DNA from: an uncultured delta proteobacterium
Lineage (GTDB): Bacteria > Myxococcota_A > Polyangia > Polyangiales > Polyangiaceae
Length of the DNA stretch: 64,000 bases
Assembly (NCBI GenBank): GCA_963841435.1
Contig: CAWJCS010000003.1
Coordinates: 64,001-128,000 of the forward strand
Direction: 5' to 3'
The notes beneath the pieces are model-generated. The model had not been told where the DNA came from, did no database searches, and was given only the letters and a program-made list of their open reading frames with translations. The number at the start of each line of letters is the position of its first letter. The stretch's first letter is position 1. Positions 23,525-30,448 of the stretch are shown in pieces. The translations under genes and the position numbers were made by a program.

Positions 23525-24184
23525 ATGGCCGGCCTAGCGGTCGCCCTCGCGCTCGCCGCCTGCTCCAGGCTGCCCGACTTTGCGGCGCCGCGAGGCGGCA
23601 GCCTCGACCCGAGCACGCCGCCCGGCGACTGGATCCGCTACCGAGCGCTCGAGCGCTCGGACTTCAAGCGCGCGGCACCGCCCGGCAAGACCAAGGACGG
23701 CAGCTACGAGCTCGGCGCCCAGACGTGCGCGTACATCAAGACGAGCTCCGACGTGCAAATCGACATCGTGAACGTCACGGAGCCGAGCGGCGCGACGCGC
23801 GTCGAAGGGCGCCTCCGGAACCTACACTTCGTGGCCTGGATGGACCGAGAATGCTCCTGGTGGAACCCGACCAACGACGACGTCAGGTACACGCTCGAGC
23901 ACGAGCAGGTGCACTTCGCCATCAGCGAGCTTGCGGCGCGCAAACTGAACCAAGAAGCCGCGTCGCTGATGCGGGAGCTTCACGTCAACGCCGACACTCA
24001 AAAAGAGGTGGTCGACGAGATCCAGACGAAGGTGAAGGCTCTTCTCGACGAGCAAAACGACGCAGCGCTCGACCGCAATCGAGCGTTCGACGAAGAAACG
24101 TCGGCCGGCAAATTCCCCGTACAACAGCACGCCTGGCACGAGCGCATCGAGCGCGAGCTCCGTGCCTCCAAAGCCTGGCAATGA
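23525..24184 (+). CDS. Lipoprotein with DUF922-like zincin motif
   Basis: Lipobox LALAAC; YRAL..SDF; SWW; LEHEQVHF.I.E; N..FD.ET. Start may be GTG 23483. Confidence 0.72.
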   Translation: MAGLAVALALAACSRLPDFAAPRGGSLDPSTPPGDWIRYRALERSDFKRAAPPGKTKDGSYELGAQTCAYIKTSSDVQIDIVNVTEPSGATRVEGRLRNLHFVAWMDRECSWWNPTNDDVRYTLEHEQVHFAISELAARKLNQEAASLMRELHVNADTQKEVVDEIQTKVKALLDEQNDAALDRNRAFDEETSAGKFPVQQHAWHERIERELRASKAWQ

Positions 24185-24236
24185 CGTGCAGCGCCGGCAG
24201 CGCGAAGGCGCGCGCGGCTCGGCGCACGCTAGTGCG

Positions 24237-25202
24237 TCACTGGTCGAGCACGTAGGCGGCGACGAGCGGGAAGACGATGGTCGCGTCCGACTCGATGATG
24301 AAGCGCGGGGTGTCAACCGCGAGCTTGCCCCAGGTGATCTTTTCACCGGGCGGCGCGCCGCTGTACGAGCCGTAGGAGGTGGACGCCTCGGAGATCTGGC
24401 AAAAATACGCCCAGGGCCGCACCTTCTGTTTGAGATCCTGCTCGATGAGCGGCACGACGCAGATTGGGAAGTCGCCCGAGATGCCGCCGCCGATCTGGAA
24501 GAAGCCGACGGGATGCTGCTTGTCGGTCTCGCGGTACCAGTCGATGAGCGTCGCCATCTGCTCGAGCCCACTTTTCACGATCCCGAAATCGTAGTCGCCG
24601 CGGCTCGCCCCTGCGACGAACATGTTGCCGAGCGTGGAGTCCTCCCAGCCGGGAACCCAGATGGGCAGCGAGCGCTCGGCAGCGGCGAGCAGCCACGAGT
24701 TCTTGGGATCGATCTGGTACTCGCCCTTCAGGCGGCCGCTGTTGAGGAGCTGGTAGAGGTACTCGTGCGGGCAGTAGCGCTCACCCTTGCGGTTGGCGAC
24801 GCGCCACAGCTCGAGCACCTTGCGCTCGATGCGCCGCATGGCCTGCTCCTCGGGAATGCAGGTGTCGGTAACGCGATTCAAGCCCCGATCGAGCAGCGCT
24901 TTTTCGTCCTCGGGCCGAAGCTCGCGGTAGTTCGGTACGCGCTCGTAGTGGTCGTGCGCCACCAGGTTGAACACGTCCTCTTCGAGGTTCGCCCCCGTGA
25001 CGCACATCCCGTGGACTTTGTCCTTTCGGATGAGCTCCGCCACGACGATGCCCAGCTCGGCCGTGCTCATCGCGCCGCCCATCGTGAGCACCATTTTGCC
25101 GCCCTCGGAAAGATGTCGTTCCCAGGCTTTCGCCGCATCCACCAGCGCCGCGGCGTTGAAGTGTCGGTAGTGATGCAGGATGAAGTCGCGAACGGCGCCC
25201 AT
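24237..25202 (-). CDS. Deoxyhypusine synthase-like protein (probable homospermidine synthase)
   Basis: HFNAA, GGAMSTAELG, TGANLEED, NRVTDTCIPEE, GWEDSTLGN, IGGGISGDF, SYSGA...EKITWGK; GGAGG RBS before ATG 25202. Confidence 0.92.
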   Translation of the reverse strand: MGAVRDFILHHYRHFNAAALVDAAKAWERHLSEGGKMVLTMGGAMSTAELGIVVAELIRKDKVHGMCVTGANLEEDVFNLVAHDHYERVPNYRELRPEDEKALLDRGLNRVTDTCIPEEQAMRRIERKVLELWRVANRKGERYCPHEYLYQLLNSGRLKGEYQIDPKNSWLLAAAERSLPIWVPGWEDSTLGNMFVAGASRGDYDFGIVKSGLEQMATLIDWYRETDKQHPVGFFQIGGGISGDFPICVVPLIEQDLKQKVRPWAYFCQISEASTSYGSYSGAPPGEKITWGKLAVDTPRFIIESDATIVFPLVAAYVLDQ

Positions 25203-25354
25203 AGGAACACCTCCTTTCCAGCCGAGGGCCGAGCCGGCCTCGATAGGTTGAACCAAGCCCGAACTTTCGTTTCTGTCAAGCGTCGAGCTGACAGGTTCGT
25301 TGCGAGTCGTGGTAGCGTGACAAGGATCCTCTGCTCTTTGGGGACGCACGCCAG

Positions 25355-27322
25355 ATGTCGGACCGCTTTTCGAGCCCGCCTGCCCCGCGCTCATTGAGCG
25401 GCGCCGTGATTCAGTCGGAGCTCCAACCAAATGTGACGTACCGACTCGAACGCCAGATCGGCGAGGGCGGGATGGGCACGGCGTTCCTCGCGCTCAGGCA
25501 AGCGCCCGACGGCCTCGCGCCGGTCGTCATCAAGATGGTCCGGCGAGGTTTCGGGACGGGTCCTGCCGACGCCGCGGCGGGCATGGTGGTGCAGAAGGAA
25601 GCCGTGGCGCTCGGGCGCCTCAACGAGCGCGTGCCGCCGACTCCCTTCGTCGTGCGGCTCATCGATACCGGCGCCGCGGAGATGAACGGCCCGACCCGGC
25701 CGCCCACGCCGTGGCTCGCCGTCGAGTACGTGCACGGCGGCATCGAGGGCACGACGCTCGAGGATCGCGTGGCTTACAGCGTGGATCGGACCGGTTTTGC
25801 CTTCGACGCCAGCCGCGCGGCGCACGTCGTTCGCTGCCTGGCGGCGGGCATGCTCGCCATCCACGGCGTCGGGGTCATCCACCGTGACCTCACGCCCGGA
25901 AACATTCTCTGCTGTGGTTTCGGCGAGGCGGAAATTTTCAAGATCTCCGATTTCGGCATCGCCAAACCGCAGGGTCTGGCCGCCACGTTCGGCGGAGTTC
26001 CCGTCGGAACCGTGGGCTACGCGGCGCCCGAGCAGACGCTGCCCGATTCGGTGGGCGTCGGGACGTACACCGATGTGTTCTCTCTCGCGTGCGTCATCTA
26101 CTACGTGCTCACGGGGCAGCACTTTTTCGAGGCGAACACGCCGATTGCCGCCATGCAGCAGATGCGCGACAAGTCGCGCAAGAGCGTGCTCGGCGGCAAG
26201 CACCTCGCCCCCGAGATCCGGCAACGAGCCGACGCCTGCCGCGCCATCGATCAGGTCCTCGCCCGCGCCACGGCCGTCGAAATCGAGAGGCGACCGCAGG
26301 AGGGTCAGGAGCTCGCCGCGAGCCTCGTGCCCTGGCTCACCGAGAGCGCGAGCCCCCCGCGCCCCGCCAAGCGGCTGATGAACAGCCTGTTGAACCTCGC
26401 CTCCCCCGGCGATCTCGGCAGCTGGACCTGGACGCCGCGTCACCCGCCGGGCAGCGACCGCACGGTGCTCTCCGCGGCGTGGGACGTGGACGGAAAGTGC
26501 CTCACGCTGACGCCCTCGGGGCCCGAGTTCTGGGACGGACATGCGTGGGTGCAAGCTCGCGACATCGCGAGCAGCGTGTCCGGCCAACCGAGCTTCGTGC
26601 GGCGCTACGAGGCGGGTGGCTGGCTCGTCGGCGGTCAGGGGCTGCTTGCCGTCTACGCGACCGACGGCGTGCGCGAAACGCACCGCGCGCCCCAGCCGGA
26701 TCACGTGTTTTCGCACGCGAGCGGCCGCATGGATGATCTTCTCGCCGCCGTGGCGCAGCGCCCCGGAAGCCCGCCGTTGCTCTACGGCATGGCGGCGCAC
26801 CGCTGGGTGCGACCGGTGCCGCTCGAAGGCGTCTCGTACGTCGCGGCCCTGCTCCGACTCGAGGATACCCGCTGGCTCGTGTGCGGTCGGCTGCAGTCGG
26901 GAGGCGGCTTCGCGGCCGTCTACACGCCCCTCGCGTTCGAGCTCGAATACCTGCCGACGCCGCCCACCCGCGCCTTCGTTGGCGGCGCGAGCGAGCCGGA
27001 GCGCGGCATCGCGCTGATCGTCGGTAGCCACGGTGTCGCGCTACGCATCGACGGCATGCACCCGTCGAGCTCCGTGGCGGAGGGCGAGCCCGATCTGACG
27101 GCGGCCGCCATGGACGTGCTCGACCGCGAATGGGTCGCTAGCCTGGGTCGGCTCTGGGTGCGCGACGCGCAGCGCGAGCAAGGCTGGCGCGCCGTGTGGA
27201 GCGACCCCTCGTGGACCGCGCCGCTCATCAGCATCATGGCCGACGCCGGCATGGTCGTCGCCCTGAGCGCCGACGGCGGCATCATCGAAGGGCGCGCCGG
27301 CTGGCAAAAAAAGCCGCGCTAG
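25355..27322 (+). CDS. Ser/Thr protein kinase with Trp/Gly-rich beta-repeat C-terminal domain
   Basis: IGEGGMG, VIKM, HRDLTPGN, KISDFG, GTVGYAAPEQ, DVFSL. Confidence 0.88.
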   Translation: MSDRFSSPPAPRSLSGAVIQSELQPNVTYRLERQIGEGGMGTAFLALRQAPDGLAPVVIKMVRRGFGTGPADAAAGMVVQKEAVALGRLNERVPPTPFVVRLIDTGAAEMNGPTRPPTPWLAVEYVHGGIEGTTLEDRVAYSVDRTGFAFDASRAAHVVRCLAAGMLAIHGVGVIHRDLTPGNILCCGFGEAEIFKISDFGIAKPQGLAATFGGVPVGTVGYAAPEQTLPDSVGVGTYTDVFSLACVIYYVLTGQHFFEANTPIAAMQQMRDKSRKSVLGGKHLAPEIRQRADACRAIDQVLARATAVEIERRPQEGQELAASLVPWLTESASPPRPAKRLMNSLLNLASPGDLGSWTWTPRHPPGSDRTVLSAAWDVDGKCLTLTPSGPEFWDGHAWVQARDIASSVSGQPSFVRRYEAGGWLVGGQGLLAVYATDGVRETHRAPQPDHVFSHASGRMDDLLAAVAQRPGSPPLLYGMAAHRWVRPVPLEGVSYVAALLRLEDTRWLVCGRLQSGGGFAAVYTPLAFELEYLPTPPTRAFVGGASEPERGIALIVGSHGVALRIDGMHPSSSVAEGEPDLTAAAMDVLDREWVASLGRLWVRDAQREQGWRAVWSDPSWTAPLISIMADAGMVVALSADGGIIEGRAGWQKKPR

Positions 27323-27335
27323 CGCAGCCGTGCGC

Positions 27336-27405
27336 GACGGGCGGGGACGGGCGGGGACGCACGGCGATGCACCTCGACGGGCGGCGGCGCACGGCGATGC
27401 AGTTC
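27336..27405. repeat. Two 30-bp imperfect direct repeats plus a partial copy at the transposase 3' end
   Basis: GACGGGCGGGGACGCACGGCGATGCACCTC (27346-27375) and GACGGGCGGCGGCGCACGGCGATGCAGTTC (27376-27405). Confidence 0.7.
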
Positions 27406-28309
27406 AACGCACGTGGAGACGCGACGACCGATGAGTTGGCGCCGTGCGCTCGGCGCGTGAGGGAGCGACCGTGGCGCGGGGAGACCGCGGAGCTTCGTCG
27501 AGGCCAATGAGGCCCGAGCGCCGCCATCCGCTGCAGAGAAGCCACGTCCGCGGCGTCGCCACCGGGAGCGCCGCCCCGCTCGCGTCGCCGCGTCTTCGCA
27601 GGCGTCGAGCATCGAGGTCGGCGAACACCGGCGGGGCGCGCCCCGCGAACGGAGGATTTCCAAAAGCGGGGCTCCACCCGCGAAAGCCCTCGAAGAAACT
27701 GCCGGACGAGCACGGATCGATGCCGGTCGGCGGCGCCCTTCGCGCGTGCTTGCGAAAGTTGGCGAGCACGTAGACCAGCGCCGCCCGCACCTCACGCGGC
27801 GAGCGCAACGCCCGACCGTGCCACCGGTCCGACCAGAGCGGCCCGCGACGCATGAGCAGATCGTTCACGTAGCGCGCCAGCCTGACCGCGAGCCCTCTCA
27901 TTCCGCTCGACAGCGCCCGCGCGTCCCGCGCCTCGACGAGCAGATGAAGATGCTTGTCCTGAACCGAAAAGTGCACGACGCGAAACCCCGCCGGATCGCG
28001 CCGCGAGGCTCGCGAAACCGCGAGACGCACCGTCGGAAAGAGGTGCTGGCTCCTCAGCGAGCCGAGCCCCGCGCGCAACGTGACGTGCACCGGATGCCCC
28101 GCCACGTGGCGTGGCCGCGCGCGATGCGGCGTTCTGGAGCTCGCGGACCGCCTACGACCAGCTCCCGGGCGCCTGCCTCCCCAGCCCCCTTGGAGCAGGA
28201 GCTCAAGCTGGTGCCCCCCATGCGGAGGCCCGGCTCGGCGAGCCGGCTTGCCCCCGCCGCGCGACTGCAAGGTGCGGCGCCCTTCTCCTCCTTGTCGCTG
28301 TCGAGCCAA
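27404..28309 (-). mobile_element. REP-associated tyrosine (Y1/HUH) transposase, RAYT/TnpA-REP-like
   Basis: GGRRPGAGR, PH..R, PVHVTLR, HFSVQDKHLHLLVEA (HUH), G.LWSDRWH.R, YVLAN.RKH (catalytic Tyr), DPCSS. No tnpB. TAGTAT -10 box at 28328-28323 before TTG 28309. Confidence 0.85.
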
Positions 28310-28791
28310 CTTGAAAAGGGCTATACTATGCTTTCCCGGAAGAGTCCAGGCTGGGGCCCTTCGTGCCAGGGCTCGTTCCGGATTGACCCCCAACGGATCG
28401 AACCGAGGACACCCGCGCGCCATCGAGCACCCGGCCCCATTGGGTGACGGCCGTTGCGGGCAAGCCGAAGATATCCCTGACCGTGGCGGTCATGCCCTGA
28501 GAGCCGACGGATTCCTCCGCGCCGGTCCGGGTTTCACGCACCCGGCCACGCGCGCTGCACTGCGCAACCTACATGGGCGCCGCGCCTTGCTCTCGCGCCG
28601 CGACGCGGCAGGCCTACATGAAGCCGCTTCGCGGCGCGGCGTGGTGCGGTCGCGGGGCGAATGCGAACGCCGTGCCCGAGTGCGCCGGCGATCGAAGCTG
28701 CAGCGACGCGTCAGCGGGGCGGCAGGAACACGAAGCAAAAACCCGATCGGCCAAGGGTTGCGATCCGGGAAAAAGTTGTCATGTTGATAAG

Positions 28792-29022
28792 GTGGCCCGT
28801 AGTTTTTTCCAACTGCTCGTTCTCGTGGCGACGACCTTGTCGATCGCGTGTAGCTCGAGCGTTCAGAAGGAGCCGCAGGGCCCGCCGCGCGCGGTCGATC
28901 CGGAAACGCGAGTCGCTCCGGAGCGCCGCCGGCCGCCCCCACCTCGCCTCATCGCTCCGCCGCCCGCGTACGGAAACAAGGTCGTGATGGCCGACGCCGG
29001 CCGCTCCACAAGCACCAACTGA
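28792..29022 (+). CDS. Small Pro-rich putative lipoprotein (76 aa)
   Basis: VARSFFQLLVLVATTLSIAC (lipobox-like), then ...PPPPRLIAPPPAYGNKVV. AT-rich promoter-like stretch upstream. Confidence 0.6.
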   Translation: MARSFFQLLVLVATTLSIACSSSVQKEPQGPPRAVDPETRVAPERRRPPPPRLIAPPPAYGNKVVMADAGRSTSTN

Positions 29023-29040
29023 GCGCGGGCGCCCGGGCCC

Positions 29041-29261
29041 CACGCCGCCCACGCGGACGCACGCCGCCCACGCGGGACGCACGCCGCCCACGCGGACGCA
29101 CGCCGCCCACGCGGACGCACGCCGCCCACGCGGACGCACGCCGCCGCCCGCGGACGCACGCCGCCCACGCGGACGCACGCCGCCGCCCGCGGACGCACGC
29201 CGCCCACGCGGACGCACGCCGCCGCCCGCGGACCGTCCACGCGGACGCACGCCCGTGCGTC
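29041..29261. repeat. Intergenic tandem array, about 10.5 copies of a 19/20-bp unit, ending in a hairpin
   Basis: Unit CACGCCGCCCACGCGGACG with variant CACGCCGCCGCCCGCGGACG. Terminal hairpin GACGCAC-GCCC-GTGCGTC at 29244-29261. Confidence 0.95.
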
Positions 29262-29379
29262 TTGCGCCGCGACGCAATGGCCGTACCGCTACGACGCAGG
29301 CGCCGCTGGCGTTGCCCGAAGGGGCTTCGGGTGTCGAGCGAGGCTGCTCGGTGTGAGGGCTTCGTGCGGGTGGCGCGGG

Positions 29380-30448
29380 TTATTCGACGAGGAGGGTCAT
29401 GCCGGACCAAGCGACGCCGCCGCGGTTGTCGTGGACCGCGGCAAGGATGCGCACGGGGCCGGGCGTGCTCGGCGCGAAGAAGTCCGTGCCGTAGTCGGGG
29501 ATGAAGCCGCGCGTCGCGTCGTTCACGAGGCGGGTGCCGGAGCGCAGGGAGCCGGTCGTCACGTAGTAGCTGACCCAGATCTGCTCTTCGTAGGCGCGGC
29601 TGTACGAGGCGGCCGTCACCGAGTCGAGCTCGGCGCTCGCGGGGTCGATGACGGGCCGGAATGGATGCGCGTCGCACTTGAGCACGTCGCCGTCGTCGGG
29701 GCAGCGTGGGATGGTGAGAATCCGCGGGGATGTCGCCGGCGTCGGGGCCGGGGTTCTGACATTCGTCTCCGACGCAGGAAAATTGAGGCGACACGTCGAG
29801 ACCCTCGAAGGTCATCCCCGTCACGATGGGGTTTTCGTTGGAGAAGTCCTCGAAGGAGTAGATGGCGCTGTAGCCAGCCACGAAGTCATTCGACCCGAGC
29901 GCGCGGTCCTGCTCGTCAGTGCAGCGGAGCGGGAAGGCTCCGGGCGTGAAGTCCGCGGTGAGCGTGCCCGCACAGGCAGCGAAGAAGACGAACGAGAGCC
30001 CATAGCGCGGCAAGCGGGGGTCCGTCGAAGGTGGCCGGCTGCTGATGATGTCGTCGGGGATCGCGAAGGAGAAATGGGTGAGCGCCTCACCCTCGGCGAC
30101 CCTGAGCTTGCTGGGATCCGGCGCTGCGGCGATGCAGCCGGAAAAAAGGTCGCCGGGCGGATTGAAACAGCCGCTGTACCAGCCGACGCGGATCGGGCGC
30201 CCCGCCTGCTTGCTGCCGTCGAGATACAGCATGGATAGCGAGACTGTCTCGCCAGGCTTGGCGTAAGGCAGATCCTTCTGCACGGCGATCACGCGCAGCG
30301 TGTTGACCTCGCTCGGCGGATCGAGCTGGGCGCCGCAACCGGAAAGGAGGGCACCGAGCGCGAGCATCGAGCCTAGCGCCGCGCCACGAACGCCGAACGC
30401 CGCGGGCGTGCCGTGTCGAGTCGAGGTGGTTCCAAGGCGCGGTAGCAT
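29380..30448 (-). CDS. Cys-rich lipoprotein partner of the TonB-dependent receptor; frameshift near 29715
   Basis: Lipobox LLSGC, LRVIAV..D.PYA.PG, C-terminal VHDNRGGVAW in frame 29380..29685. ATG overlaps the receptor stop. Confidence 0.75.

Noticed and set aside
24237-25202. Eukaryote-like hypusination system
   Set aside because: This bacterial DHS-like clade is better explained by homospermidine synthesis; no efp/eIF5A partner is adjacent.
27404-28309. IS200/IS605 insertion sequence
   Set aside because: Protein motifs fit the RAYT branch, there is no tnpB, and no clear matching subterminal hairpin ends.
28330-28560. Structured ncRNA (6S-like or a transposase-associated guide RNA)
   Set aside because: Non-coding and somewhat structured, but I recognise no family motif and there is no TnpB/IscB. 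An Infernal/Rfam scan would be needed.
29041-29261. Possible CRISPR array
   Set aside because: Units are contiguous with no unique spacers, and there are no cas genes in the window.
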